Assembly: GCA_038087875.1 (NCBI GenBank) | Contig: CM075993.1 | Location: 8,062,001-8,126,000 of the forward strand | Source of the DNA: Malacoraja senta | Lineage: Eukaryota | DNA length: 64,000 nt | Reading direction: 5' to 3' | Part shown: piece after piece, positions 25,665 through 39,088 of the stretch | Layout of the letters: the number at the start of each line of letters is the position of its first letter | Position numbering within the stretch: position 1 is the first letter of the stretch | Notes under the pieces: model-generated | Database searches by the model: none | Told to the model about the DNA's origin: nothing | What the model saw: the letters and a program-made list of their open reading frames with translations, nothing else | Position numbers and translations under genes: made by a program

Positions 25665-26585
25665 AGACACAAAAAGCTGGAGTAGCTCAGCGGGACAGGC
25701 AGCATCTCAGGAGAGAAGGAATGGGTGACGTTTCAGCTCGAGACCCTTCTTCAGACTGATTAGGGATAAGGGAAACGAGAGATATAGACAATGATGTAGT
25801 GAGATGAAGAATAATGAATGAAAGATATGCAAAAAAAAGTTACGATGATAAAGGAAACAGGCCATTGTTAGCTCTTTGTGTGGTGAAAATGAGAAGCTGG
25901 TGCGACTTGGGTGGGGAGAGAGCGGGAATTCCGGGGCTACTTGAAGTTAGAGAAATCAATATTCTCACTACTGGGCTGAAAACTGCCCAAGCGAAATATG
26001 AGATGCAGTTCCTGCAATTTGCGTTTAGCCTCATGGGGCTGTCCCACTGTACGAACTAATTCAAGAGCTCTCCCGAGTTTAAAAAAAAAATCAAACTCGT
26101 GGTAAGCACGTAGAATGTACATAGCGGGTACGTCGGAGCTCGGGACGTCTCTTAGCGGCTCGTAACGCTAACGGCAGGTACTCGGTAAACGCGGTAAGCT
26201 CGTGAAGATTTTTCCACATGTTGAAAAATGTCCACGAGAGCCCCGAGTACCTACGAGCGGCCATTACCGTAAATCTCCGAGTTCGAATCAGGGGAAACTC
26301 GGGAGAACTCTTGAATTAGCTCGTACAGTGGGACAGCCCCATCACTCTGACCATGGAGAGACCGAGGACAGGAAAGTCTGTGTGGGAATGGGAAGGAGAA
26401 TTAAAGAGTCCAACAACCGGGAGATCAGTAGGTTCAGGCAAACTGAGCGGAGGTATTCAGCGAAATGATCACCCAGTCTACGTTTGGTCTCGCCGATGTA
26501 TAAAAGTCCACATTTTGAACAACAGATACAGTAGATGAGGTTGGAGGAGGTGCAAGTGAATCTCTGCCTAACGTGAAAGGACTGT
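25665..26585 (-). mobile_element. Penelope-like retroelement 3' part (GIY-YIG endonuclease, 3' repeat with hammerhead motif)
   Basis: Minus-strand translation FTCTSSNLIYCICCSKCGLLYIGETKRRLGD..HLIFRLGSFQPS; interrupted by a MITE. Confidence 0.92.
26034..26341. mobile_element. PIF/Harbinger-type MITE, family A copy 3
   Basis: TIR TGGGGCTGTCCCACTGTACGA; TCA TSD (26031-26033, 26342-26344) confirmed by the empty paralogous site at ~33031. Confidence 0.92.
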
Positions 26586-26647
26586 CATCCTCCTGCCTTC
26601 TGACTTCTCCCCATAACCTCTGACACTTGTACTAATCAAGAATCTAT

Positions 26648-27190
26648 GGAGTCATAGAGAGAGATACAGTGTGGAAACAGGCCCTTCGGCCCAACTTGTC
26701 CACAACGGCCAACATGTCCCAGCTACACTAGTCTCACCTGCCTGCGCTTGGTCCATATCCCTCCAAACCTGTCCTATCCATGTACCTGTCTAACTGTTTC
26801 TTAAACATTGGGATGGTCCCAGCCTCAACTACCTCCTCTGGCAGCTTGTTCCTTACACCCACCACCCTTTGTGTGAAAACGTTACCCCTCAAGATTCCTA
26901 TTAAATCTTTTCCCCTTCACCTTTAACCTATCTATGTCCTCTGTTCCTCAATTCCCCTACTCTGGGCAAGAGACCCTGTGCATCTACCCGATCTATTCCT
27001 CTCATGATGTTATACACCTCTTATCCTTCTGCGCTCCAAGGAATACAGACCAGCCTACGCAACCTCTCCCTATAGCTCACACTCTCGAGTCCTGGCAACA
27101 TCCTCGTAAATCTTCTCTGAACACTTTCGAGCTTGACAATATCTTTCCTCTAACATGGTGCCCAGAACTGAACACAATATTGAACTGAAC
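26648..27190 (-). mobile_element. CR1-like LINE 3' fragment, second subfamily
   Basis: Minus strand TQRVVGVRNKLPEEVVEAG-like peptide; tail GGGCCGAAGGGCCTGTTTCC shared with the V-SINE. Confidence 0.8.
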
Positions 27191-27614
27191 TAGGAGCCAC
27201 AGTTTAAGAATAAGGAGTAAGCCATTTAGAACAGAGATGAGGAAACACTTTTTCTCACAGAGAGTGGCGAGTCTGTGGAATTCTCTGCCTCAGAGGGCGG
27301 TGGAGGCGGGTCCTCTGGATGTGGGACAGGCCCTTTAGTGTTCGTCATCCACCCTGGGAGACCTTTCGGGGTACTTTGTCCCACTTAAAGCACGAGAAAA
27401 ATACTAGTTGTCGCGGCTCACTGGGCTTCATCAGCACCGAGACTGAACCCCTCTTTCTGGCCTCTTACCCTCTTCCTGATCTGTGTGTGGCTTACTGCCG
27501 ACTTTGGATCTTGATGCTATTTAAGCATCATGGACGCACTGCACAAGCAGCACCATTTCTGCCTTCAGTGCAAGAGCAGCACCTGTTGGAAGAACAAGGC
27601 CCGAGTGAGTGGCC

Positions 27615-27921
27615 CAGAACCAGGGGCCACAGTTTAAGAATAAGGAGTAAGCCATTTAGAAGGGAGACGAGGAAACAGGTTTTCTCACAGAGAGTGGTGA
27701 GTGTGGAATTCTCTCCCTCAGAGGGCGGTGGAGGCAGGTTCTCTGGATGCTTTCAAGAGAGAGCTAGATAGGGCTCTTAAAAATAGCGGAGTCAGGGGAT
27801 TATGGGGAGAAGGCAGGAACGGGGTACTGATTGGGCATGATCAGCCATGATCACATTGAATGGCGGTGCTGGCTCAAAGGGCCGAATGGCCTACTCCTGC
27901 ACCTATTGTCTGTTGTCTATT
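27615..27921 (+). mobile_element. CR1 LINE 3' fragment (another piece at ~27195-27320)
   Basis: RTRGHSLRI motif and CR1 tail. Confidence 0.9.
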
Positions 27922-27929
27922 GAGTGTGC

Positions 27930-28222
27930 TTTTGTTGAGCTCCTACAGGTGTATGTGGAGTGGAGGGTATACTGACTGGCCGCATCGCAGCCTGCTTCAG
28001 CAACTCCGACGCCCAGGAATGAAGGAGACCTCAAAGAGTGGTGGACATTGCTCAGTCCATCACGTGTACTGACCTCCTCACCATCAGAGGGACCTCTGGG
28101 AGACGCTGCCTTCAATAAGGCAGCCAACATTATCAAGGACCGCACCATTCTGGCAATCTTCTCATTTTAAACCTACCGTCAGGAAGAAGATACAGGAATC
28201 TGAAAACTGTGACCATCAGGTT
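27930..28222 (+). mobile_element. Rex1/Babar LINE C-terminal fragment
   Basis: QRVVDIAQSIT..KAANIIKD..LPSGRRYRNLK. Confidence 0.8.
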
Positions 28223-28465
28223 AGGTTTAGTTTAGAGATACAGCGCAGCCCACCGAGTCTGCGCTGACCAGTGATCCCCACACACTAACACTACCCTGCA
28301 CACACTAGGGACAATTTACATTTATACCAAGCCAATTAACCTACAAACCTGTACGTCTTTGGAGTGTGGGAGGAAACCGGAGATCGCGGAGAAAACCCAC
28401 GCAGGTCACGGACACACAGCACCCGTAGACAGGATCGAACCCGGGTCTCTGGTGCTGTAAGGCAG
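28222..28465 (-). mobile_element. V-SINE (HE1-like)
   Basis: Family similarity to other copies. Confidence 0.8.
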
Positions 28466-29156
28466 CGTGAGCAGGTTGCAATAGGGCTACACAACACTGA
28501 TCTCAGCCAAACACAAAGTGCTGGAGGAACTCAGCAGGTCAGGCAGCATCTGTGGAGGGAATGAAGAGGCGACGTTTCAAGTCAGGAGCCTTCTTCAGGT
28601 TGTGGAGCGGTTCTGACCCCAAATGTTGCCAATCTCAAGAAAGGTTTTCCGACCCAAAACATTACCTGTCCATTCCCTTTATGGGTGCTGCCTGACATTC
28701 CGAGTTCCTCCAGTACTTTGTGTTTTGCTCAAGATTCCCGCATCTACAGTTCACTGTGACTCCACTAACCTTGGTAACTATGATCTTCCATGCAGTGTGT
28801 CCTTCATTGCACTGTGGGCTTTGGGATTTATTTTACACTATTATGGTTACCTAGTATCGTGGGTTGTATAAATGTATTGCATGTTTGGTTATTATATATT
28901 ATCTGTGTGTTATTGCGTTTACAGGTCTGGTCGGCTGCAGCAAGTAAGAATTTCGTAATTCCACTGTATGACAACCAAACACTCTGGACCCTTAGTGTAC
29001 GGAGGAACTGCAGATGCTGATTTAAACTGAAGATAGACACAAAAAGCTGGAGTAACTCAGCGGGTCAGGCAGCGTCTCTGGAGAAAAGGAATAGGGTCGA
29101 GACCCTTCTTCAGACTGAGAGTTAGAGGAAAGGGGAACGAGAGATATTGATGATGA

Positions 29157-29740
29157 CAATAGACAATAGACAATAGGTTCAGGAGTAGGCCATTCGGCCC
29201 TTCGAGCCAGCACCGCCATTCAATGTGATCATGGCTGATCTTCCTTCCTTCTCCACATATCCCCTGACTCCGCTATTTTTAAGAGCCCTATCTAGCTCTC
29301 TCTTGAAAGTATCCAGAGAACCTGCCTCCACCGCCCTCTGAGGCAGAGAATTCCAGACTCGCCACTCTCTGTGAGAAAAAGTGTTTCCTCGTCTCCGTTC
29401 TAAATGGCTTACTCCTTATTCTTAAACTGTGGCCCCTGGTTCTGGACTCCCCCAACATCGGGAACATGTTGTTAAAGAAGGAACTGCAGATGCTGGAAAA
29501 TCGAAGGTACACAAAAATGCTGGAGAAACTCAGCGGGTGCAGCAGCATCTATGGAGCGAAGGAAATAGGTAACGTTTCGGGTCTGAAGAAGGGTTTCGGC
29601 CCGAAACGTTACCTATTTCCTTCGCTCCATAGATGCTGCTGCACCCGCTGAGTTTCTCCAGCATTTTTGTGTACCATCGGGAACATGTTTCCTGCCTCTA
29701 GCGTGTCCAAGCCCTTAACAATCTTATATGTTTCAATGAG
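29157..29740 (-). mobile_element. CR1 LINE 3' fragment
   Basis: MFPMLGESRTRGHSLRI; interrupted at 29471-29674. Confidence 0.9.
29471..29674. mobile_element. Penelope-derived fold-back element with hammerhead motif (29583)
   Basis: 15-bp TSD CATCGGGAACATGTT (29456-29470, 29675-29689) inside CR1. Confidence 0.92.
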
Positions 29741-29784
29741 TGCTTAGGAAAAATGAATGGAAGATATGCAGAAAGCAACCATAC

Positions 29785-30150
29785 ATATTTCACTTGGGCA
29801 GCTTACAACCCAGTGATATGAATATTGATTTCTCGAACTTCATGTAACCCTTGCATCCCCTCTCTCTCCGTCCCTACCCCACCCTCGTTGTCGTACTAGT
29901 TTCACTGTTGTCCTGTTGAGTTCCACTGTCTCGTTATCATCTACCCCACGGCCAACAATGGACCACTGTGAGCTCCACATGTCCTTGATCAATCATGGTT
30001 GTTTTCTGCATATCTTCCATTCATTTGTCCTCAGTACCGTCTATATCTCTTGCTCCCCTTTCCCCAGACGCTGTCGGAAGGAGGATGTCACCTGTTTCTT
30101 TTCTCCAGAGATGCTGCCTGGCCCGCTGAGTTACTCCAGCTTTCTGTGTC
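29785..30150 (+). mobile_element. Penelope-like 3' fragment
   Basis: HIFHLGSLQPSDMNIDFSNF ORF end plus 3' region. Confidence 0.8.
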
Positions 30151-31469
30151 GGACTCTGGACGTTTAAATCGCTTGTGGTAACGGCTAACTCTGCCTCTAG
30201 AATCAGACGCTGCTCCTCTGTCATGCCGGGTGCCTCTAGTAGATGCTACACTAAACTCAGAACACTGATATCATCAGGGAGTGGGTTGCTACACACTCCT
30301 TAAGGTGCCTTTACCACCCCCAGCAACATACAAGCCGTTAATCAAAAAACAATTATAAAATGGTGAAAAGCACACAAAGTGCTGGAGTAACTCAGTGTGT
30401 CAGGCAGCATCGCTAGAGAACATGGATAGGTGACGTTTCTGTTTCTATCTGAAGAAGGGCCCCAACCCAAAATGTCACCTATCCGTGTTCTCCAGAGATG
30501 CTGCCTGACCAGAGCTGCCTGAGTTACTCCAGCACTTTGTGTCTTTTTCTCTCTCTCGTAAACCAGCATCTGCAGTTCCATATTTCTCCCTTTATAAAGA
30601 AGTTGGATGTTTTCATGAAGAGCATCTCCCTGTCCTACTCTCCACCCTCATGTCATAGAGTCATACAACAGGGAAAAAGGCCCTTTGGCCCAACTCAGCC
30701 ATGCCAACCACGATCTCCTGCCTAAGCTAGTCCCACAACCCCAAGTTTGGTCCATATCCCTCTAAACCTTTCCAATCCATATACCTGTCCAAGTGTTAAA
30801 TGTTGTTATGCACCAACTATCTCCTCCAGCAGCTCATTCCATATACCCACCAACCACAGTGAAAAAGATGCCCCTCGGGTTCCTATTAAATATTTTCCCT
30901 CTCACCTTTGGCTTACTTTAGAAATACAGCATGGGAACAGGCCAATCGGCCCATCGAGCTCACGCCAACCATCGATCAGTCACACACCAGTTCTATCCTC
31001 CAAGCTCGGGACGATTTTACAGAAGCCAATTAACCTGCACGTCTTTGGAATGTGGGAGGAAACCTGAGCACCTGGAGAAAACCCACATGGTTACAGGGAG
31101 AACGTGCAAACTCCGTGCGGACAGCACCTGCAGTCAGGATCGAAAGCAGGCAGCAACTCATCTGCTGCACAATTGTGCTGCCCCATTATAAAGCTTAAAC
31201 CTATGTCCTCTGGTTGTTGAACTAACCTGGGGTAAAGACTTGGAGCCTTTGTGTTATGTAATAAAGCACCACCACCACCACACACACAAATAATTTGTCC
31301 CGGGATTCTGGAAAACCACGCTTGCAACACCAACTTCCTGGCCACACAATGATCTAAGCAAATTGACCACAATTCAGCCTGGATTTGCCACTGGAGGATG
31401 CATCCCCATCCATGCATCAGCAGCACATCCATTTGTTATTGTGCAAGAAGTCATTCATTGAATGCATTT

Positions 31470-31650
31470 AAGAAGGAACTGCAGATGCTGGAAAATCGAA
31501 GGTAGACAAAAGTGCTGGAGAAACTCAGCGGGTGCAGCAGCATCTATGGAGCGAAGGAAATAGGCAACGTTTCGGGACGAAACGTTGCCTATTTCCTTCG
31601 CTCCATAGATGCTGCTGCACCCGCCGAGTTTCTCCAGCACTTTTGTCTAC
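31470..31650. mobile_element. Penelope-derived fold-back element
   Basis: Inverted arms centred ~31577; 17-18-bp TSD (C)ATTCATTGAATGCATTT. Confidence 0.9.
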
Positions 31651-31696
31651 ATTCATTGAATGCATTTGTCAATACGACCACAAGACATTTTCAAAA

Positions 31697-32005
31697 GTTA
31701 TAAGAGCAGAATTAGGCCATCAAGTCTACTCTACCATTCAATCATAGCTGATCTATCACTCCCTCCTAACCCCATTCTCTTATAACCGCTGTCACCCATA
31801 CTAATCAAGAATCTATCTATCTCTGCCTTAAAAATATCCATTGACGTGGCCTCCACAGCCTTCTGCAGCAAAAAAATCCACAGATTCACCACCCTCTGAC
31901 TAGAGAAATTTCTCCTCATCTCCTTCCTAAAAGAACGTCCTTTAATTCTAAGGCTATGACCACTGGTCCCAGACTCTCCCACTAGTGGAAACATCCTCTC
32001 CACTC
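31697..32005 (-). mobile_element. CR1 LINE 3' fragment
   Basis: ERMFPLVGESGTSGHSLRI..QRVVNLW. Confidence 0.88.
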
Positions 32006-32656
32006 TACCAGGCCTTTCACTTTTTGAATCACAGTGACAAGAGGAGACAAAACCCAAGGGCAGGTGTTTTTCCCCTTCAATGTATTCCTTCGTAAGATGC
32101 AGACGTTGCTCTCAATGGCAACGTTTATAGTCTGTCCAGGCTCGCTCCTGATGGGAAGAGGCACCAGTCTATACATAGAAGGTAGACAAAAATGCTGGAG
32201 AAACTCAGCGGGTGAGGCAGCATCTATGGAGCGAAGGAATAGGTGACGTTTCGGGTCGAGACCCCTCATCGGTCTGAAGAGGGTCTCTACCCGAAACGTC
32301 ACTTATTCCTTTGCTCCTTAGATGCTGCCTCACCCGCTGAGTTTCTCCAGCATTTTTGTCTACCTTCGGTTTTTCCAGCACATGCAGTTCTTTCTTAAAC
32401 ATTGGTCACATCAGCTTCATTTCATTATTTGATCGAACTTCAATGGACATCAAGATGCTAGTTAGCCCAGATACTCAGCTGCTTTGCGACCAATCCCAAA
32501 GTACATTCGTGTCTGAAGATTTCAATGGTTCAATGGTATTTTATTGTCACATGTACTGAGCTACAGTGAAAATCCTTTATTGCATAGAGTTCAGTCTGAG
32601 TATTACCATACATAAGCATAATCTTAGATAAATACAAGTGTATTGGAATAGTAGAA

Positions 32657-33500
32657 GATAGACACAAAAAGCTGGAGTAACTCGGCAGGACAGGCAGCAT
32701 CGCTGGAGAGAAGGAATGGGTAACGTTTCGGGTCGAGTCCCTTCTTCAGACTGGTTAGGGATAAGGTAAACAAGAGATATAGACGGTGATGTGGAGAGAT
32801 AAAGAACAATGAATTAAAGATATGCAAAAAAGTAACGATGATAAAGGAAACAGCCCATTGTAAACTGTTTGTGAAGTGAAAATGAGAAGCAAGTGCGACT
32901 TGGGTGGGGGAGGGAGAGAGAGAGGGAATGCCGGGGCTACCTGAGGTGAGAGAAATCAATATTCATACCACTGGGCTGTAAGCTGCCCAAGCTAAATATG
33001 AGATGCTGTTCCTCCAATTTGCATTTAGCCTCACTCTGACAATGGAGGAGACCAAGGACAGAAAGGTCTGTGTAGGAATGGGAAGGAGAATTAAAGTGTC
33101 CAGCAACCGGGAGATCAGGTGGGTTCACGCGGGCTGAGCAAAGGTGTTCCGCGAAACGATCACCCAGTCTACGTTTGGTTTCGCCGACGTATAAGAATCC
33201 ACATCTTGAACAATGGATACATTAGATGAGGTTGGAGGAGGTGCAAGCGAACCTCTGCCTAACCTGAAAGGCCTGTCAGGGTCCCTGGACAGAGTCGAGG
33301 GAGGAGGTATGGGGACAGGTATTGCATTTTCTGTGGTTGCAGGTACCTGGGGAGGGGATGGTTTGGGTGGGAAGGGATGAGTTAACCAGGGAGTTGCGGA
33401 GGGAACAGTCTCTGTGGAAGGCGGAAAGGGGTGGTGATGGGAAAATGTTGCTCGTGGTGGGATCCCGTTGGTGGTGGTGGAGACTTTGCAGGATTATGTA
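32657..33500 (-). mobile_element. Penelope-like retroelement 3' part, longest copy in the window
   Basis: CNHRKCNTC, CSRCGFLYVGETKRRLGDRFAEH, PVAGHFNS, EQHLIFSLGSLQPSGMN; stop at 32937; hammerhead motif in the sense 3' repeat (~32722-32750). Confidence 0.93.
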
Positions 33501-34154
33501 TTGGAATAGTACACTGGGACAGTTTACAAGAAGATAGACACAAAATGCTGGAGTAACACAGCGGGACAGGCAGCATCTCTGGATAGAAGGAATGGATGAC
33601 GTTTCGGGTCGAGACCCTTCTTCGCCCAGTATATAAGAGTCGCCATGTTTTGGCTCCATTTTTCAAGATACAAGTCGGAAAGTTGTTATAAATGCCGCAG
33701 AAGGCAGTGGAGGCCAGGTCAATGGACATTTTTGAGGCAGAGATAGATAGATTCTTGATTGGTAAGGGTGTCAATGGTTATGGGGAGAAGGCAGGAGAAT
33801 GGGGTTAAAATGGAAAGATAGATCAACCATGATTGAATGGCGAAGTAGACTTGATGGGCCGAATGGCCCAATTCTGCTCCTATCACTGATGAACGAATGA
33901 GTTCTTGATTTGAAGACAGGTCGCCACCAAAAACCATCACCTATCCATGATCTCCAGGGGATGCTGCCTGACCCGATGAGCTATTCCAGCACTTTGTGTC
34001 TTTCAAAGTATAACTTAACACAATACTCCAAGTAGAGCCTCACCAATGTCTTGTACAACTATAACATAACATCCCAATGTCTACACCCTGACTGATGAAG
34101 CCAATGTAGCAAGAGCCTTCTTGACCACCATATGTAATGCAATATACAGGGAAT

Positions 34155-34535
34155 TATGCATCTGCACTCAAAAAGGCTGGCAGCATCATCAAGGACCCAC
34201 ACCATCCTGGCCACACACTCATCTCCCCGCTACCTTCAGGTAGAAGGTACAGGAGCCTGAAGACTGCAACGACCAGGTTCAGGAACAGCTTCTTCCCCAC
34301 AGCCATCAGGCTATTAAAATCGGCTCGGACAAAACTCTGAACATTAATAGCCAAAAATCTGTTTATTTGCACCTTATCAGTTTAATTATTCATGTGTATA
34401 TATATTTATACAATGGTATATGGACACACTGATCTGTTCAGTATTCGTGCCTACTATGTTCTGGTGTGCAAAAGCAAAGCAAGAATTTCATTGTCCTATC
34501 AGGGACACATGACAATAAAACTCTCTTGCACTCTT
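34155..34535 (+). mobile_element. Rex1/Babar LINE 3' end
   Basis: KKAGSIIKDPHHPGHTLISPLPSGRRYRSLKTATTRFRNSFFPTAIRLL and tail. Confidence 0.9.
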
Positions 34536-36629
34536 AACTCCCTCTGTTCTACAACACTCCCCTCAACATTCACTGCAACTGAAATGCAACACCTCGCACT
34601 TACCTGCATTAAACTCCGTCAACCAGGGATAGAACAGGGAAATGGATAAAAGATGAACTGTGCAGGAGGGAACTGCAGATGCTGGTTTAGACCGAAGGTA
34701 GACACAAAAAGCTGGAGTAACTCAACGGGACAGGCACCATCTCTGGAGAAAAGTCTGAAGAAGGGTATCAACTCGAAACGTCAGCCATTCCTTTTCTCCA
34801 GAGATGCTGTCTGACCGGCGGAGTTACTCCAGCTTTTTGTGTCTGTAAAGGGGATAAATGAACGGCGCACACACCAAGAGGGGCACTGATCTATTGTGGT
34901 GATGATACGGAGGAAGGACAGAGGCAGCGCACAACGGAAGGACTGCCTGCGGAGTGTATGGTGAGGTGGAATTGTCCGCAGAGTTGCCTCAGCCTGTTTC
35001 ACAACGTTCTTGAGCATTGGGCTCCGTGTGCTATTTTCAGGTGGATGGGAAAGAAATGCAGCTGTTGAGAGTCTCCCACTGCTGTTTATATTTGAGTCAA
35101 CAGGAAATCGTTCTTCTGGTGCCGTAAGCAAGCTCAGAATAGGACCACTATTTACGCCGATCGGATGGAGGGTTTTATTTAGCTTTTGAAAATTCAGCGA
35201 TTTCTGACAATAAAACAACAAATAATTTGGAATGTAACAATGTAATAAAAAGGAACTGCGGATCTGGTTTGTACCAAAGATAGACACAAAATGCTGGAGT
35301 ACTTCTGAAGGTTAGGTAGCATCTCTGGAGGAAATGGATAGGTGATGTTTCGGGTCGGGACCCTTCTTCAGACTGGTTGTTGTAGGGAGAGTTGGGGGAA
35401 ATAATTTGGAAAAAGCATTTTTAAATTACAATTTCACAGAGACACAAGGAACTGTAGATGCTGGTTTGCAAAAAAAGCCACAACGTGCTGGAGTAACTAA
35501 GCAGGTTGGGCAGCATCTCTGGAGGTAGAAAGAAAGAAAGACATTTCTTGGTGCGAGTTGTCGGATAGCGCTGGCATAGGGGAACCATTGGTCAGCGTGG
35601 ACTCGGTGAGCAGAAGGGCCTGTTTCCACCCTGTATCCCTAAACTAAATTGAATTTTGAATTTTGGAGACCGCAGAATTAAAGAGCTGAACTGTCGGGAT
35701 GCCTCTGGTAAACACCTACGTTCGTAGACTGGTCTAAATAAACGTTTCAGAACAAAATGTGGAGGAATAAATGTGAGCAATGTTGTCACTGCCTTTAAAC
35801 ACAGGTGCATTAATCATGAGAAAGGACTTCTTCTAAACACCGTTCCATTTTATTCTTCAACACTCCTCCCTGAACATCTTGAGGAAAAAGAAGATAAGAC
35901 ACAAAAAACTGGAATAACTCAGGCAGCATCTCTGGAGAGAAGGAATGGGCGACGTTTCGGGTCAAGACCCTTCTTCAGGTGGATCTGGACCTGAAACGTC
36001 ACCCATTCCTTCTCTCCAGAGATGCTACCTGTCCCGCTGAATTACTCCAGCTTTTTGTGTCTATCTTCGGTGTAAACCAGCATCTGCAGTTCCTTCCTAC
36101 ACATTGAGGGAAAAGAAGGGTCTCGATCCGAAATGTCACCCATTCCTTCTCTCCAGAGATGCTGTCTGTCCCGCTGAGTTACTCCAGCATTTTACGTCTA
36201 TCTTGATGGAAAAGAAACTTGTTTCAGGCTAAAATCGAAAATTATTCCTTGCCTGTCCAACAATGTTCATGTCTAAAGTTTTCTCCAGCCCTGAACCCCA
36301 ACAATTGTTCACGGATCAAGAGCTGCTCCTGTTCCTCCAGCAGATTGTTTGTTACTCCAGATTCCAGAATCTGCAGACTCTTGTGCCTCCAAAATTATTC
36401 CCTCTGGCCAAATGTAATTTATAAAATGTTGTCCTTATTTTTAAACTCATTCAGGTCCTAACTTCACCCTTCATCAGTTGCCTCAACCAGGCCTAAAATC
36501 TTCCACGATTTCTCTACTCCCGTTGGTGTTTACATTCCCAACTTGAATCGCTCCAATATTGGGGACCATGCCTTCAGTTATTAAGTCTTCTCCAGAATTC
36601 CCACTGGGAACCTCATCACCTCTCTGTCC

Positions 36630-36937
36630 AGTTTAGTTAATTATAGAGATACAGCGCAGAAACAGGCCCTTCATCCCACCGAGTCCATGCCGACCAGCAG
36701 TCCCCGCACACCAGCACCATCCTACACACAAGGGTCAATTTACAATTCTTACCGAAGCCAATTAACCTACAAACCTGCACGTCTTTAGTATGTGGGAGGA
36801 AACCGGAGCCCCTGGAGAAAACCCACGCAGGTCATGGGGAGAACGTAAAACTCCGTACAGGCAGTACCTGAAGTCAGGATTGAACCCAGGTCTCTGGCGC
36901 TGTAAGGCAGCAACTCTACCGCTGCGCCACCGTGCTG
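36630..36937 (-). mobile_element. V-SINE (HE1-like), full length
   Basis: Complete head, core and tail. Confidence 0.88.
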
Positions 36938-37439
36938 TCCCAGAGGGGCTGCTTCAAACCTAACTTCTTATCTGTATTGTAACAGTGTCCAACTTGATTT
37001 GATCGGGCTTTTCTGAAGAGCCATGGGACATTTTAACCCATTAAAAGCACTACTTAAATGCAAGCAGCAGCCGGTGAGTCATTGGGTGCATTGAATGAGT
37101 TGTCACTTAGAGGCATAAGAGACAACATCTCAATCTTTTTTACATGAAAGTGGATAACAATCTGGAAAATGTTGACATTCAAAGAGACATTGGCATTCGT
37201 GTACACATTTCCTTGCGTGAATTAATTGAATCACAGGCTGATTTTGCTAATTTTTTCATATGATGAGTTTCTTCATCATATGTTTCACTGTTTCTTCTTC
37301 TTTTTTCTGAAACCTTATAAATCTCTCTGAGAAAGTTCTTCCATTTTTCACCCTCCGGGTATTCACTGCCAGTGATTTATCCTCATTTGAAAAGAACTTG
37401 TCACGCAATTCACAAAATGGATATCAAGCAATTCACAAA

Positions 37440-37672
37440 ATGGATTCCACTCCAAGGAGGCGAGCAATGATCAGAACCTTGCGGTAACACAGCTAAAAGT
37501 CACAGCGAGAGATCGCAAAGTTGGTAGTGGTGAGCCAAGCTTCTGCTGTCAAGAGTTGTCGAGGAAAGGACCAAAACTGGATCACTATCGCCCAAGAGAA
37601 CAGACAAGTGCCGCCGTGAAAGGAAGATGACTTCAAGAGACGAGGCCTTGCTGATTCGGGAAAGAAGGATCT
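37440..37672 (+). pseudogene. Tc1-like transposase N-terminal (HTH) fragment
   Basis: MDSTPRRRAMIRTLR*HS*KSQREIAKLVVVSQAS/SRVVEERTKTGSLSPKRTDKCRRERKMTSRDEALLIR with two stops and one frameshift. Confidence 0.7.
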
Positions 37673-38774
37673 GAGGAAATACAGCACCTCATAACTCGGC
37701 TTCGGTACCTTACAACCCAGCGGTATGAACTTTGATTTCTCTAATTTCAAGTAACACTCTGTTCCCTTGTGGACTGCAACATGTTGGCCACTGGACAGCT
37801 TTTACAGGTCTCGGGCCTAGAGAGACTTAGTCATAGAATCATAGTCATAGAGTTATACAGCACGGAAATAGGTCCTTTGGCCCAACTTGCCCATGCAGAC
37901 CAAGATGCCCCATCTTTACTAGTCCCACCTGGCTGTGTTTGTTCCATATCACTCTAAACCTTTCCTATCCATTAATTACAATATCCCTTACTGATCTACT
38001 AAGGAACAGGATACTTCTAAGTGGCTCATAAGAGTTCTTCACAATAAGCGATAATTGGCAGGAAAACCTCAACAGTTGGCGATCAAAACTGACCCATCTC
38101 CTGGCAATCAATGCAAAGATCTTCTTGTGGGAAAGACACAAAGAACTGGAGTAACTCAGAGGGTCAGGCAACAACCCTGGAGCAAATGGATCGGTGACGT
38201 TCCAGGTCCGGATCTTTCTTCAGATCCTTCTTCAATCTGAAGAAAGGTCCCAACCCAAAACTCCGCCTATCCATGTTCTCCTGAGATGTTGCCCGAGCCG
38301 GTGAGTTACTCCAGCTCTTTGCATCTTTCCTTGGTAAACCAGCATCTGCAGTTCCTTGTTTCTACATCCACACTTCTTGTTCCTGTTTCTAAGGAACACA
38401 AAGTTAGGTCAAAGTAGGCTTCAAATAACAGAGAAAGGATAGCGGACGATGACGATGTCACAAACAGTGTGGGGCGGTGGCTTTCAATTACAATCAATCT
38501 TTCAATCAAAACGGTTCTGGCAACTGGGAAAATTCCTGAAAAAGACCTCCCCAACATTTTTAGACCCTTCTGAGATTAGAGAGGCTTTTGTTTCGATCTG
38601 GGGGAAAACCCCATATCAAAAACAGATAAACCATGATGCCTACCATATGCTGTTTAATCTTGCATGTTCAAACAGTAGGTAAAAGATGCAGCAGAGAAAG
38701 AGAAGCAGCAGGTTTAAAACAGTCTCTGTTTTTCTGAAGTACACTCCAGATGATTTCAGCAGCTGTATCTCTTA

Positions 38775-39088
38775 TTTAGTTTAGTTTATAGTTGAGAGAT
38801 ACAGCGCGGAAACACGGCCTTCAGCCCACCGAGTCAACTCCGACCAGCGATTCCCGTACACTAGCATTATCCTGCACACTCGGGACAATTTACAATCTTT
38901 ACCGCACCCAATTAACCTACAAAAACCTGCAGGTCTTTGGAGTGTGGGAGGAAACCGGAGCACCCGGGAGAAACCCACGAGGTCACAGGGAGAACGTACA
39001 AACTCCATACAGACAGCACCCGCAGTCAGGATGGAACCCGGGTCTCTGGTGCTGTGAGGCAGCAACTCTACCACTGCGCCACCGTGCC
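38775..39088 (-). mobile_element. V-SINE (HE1-like), full length
   Basis: Complete head, core and tail. Confidence 0.88.

Noticed and set aside
35895..36205. Recurrent short repeats resembling an array or CRISPR
   Set aside because: Irregular spacing and mixed orientation in a eukaryotic context; they are Penelope-derived modules
38430..38560. DDDDVTNSVGRWL peptide reminiscent of a mariner C-terminus
   Set aside because: Too short, with no other supporting motifs or TIRs
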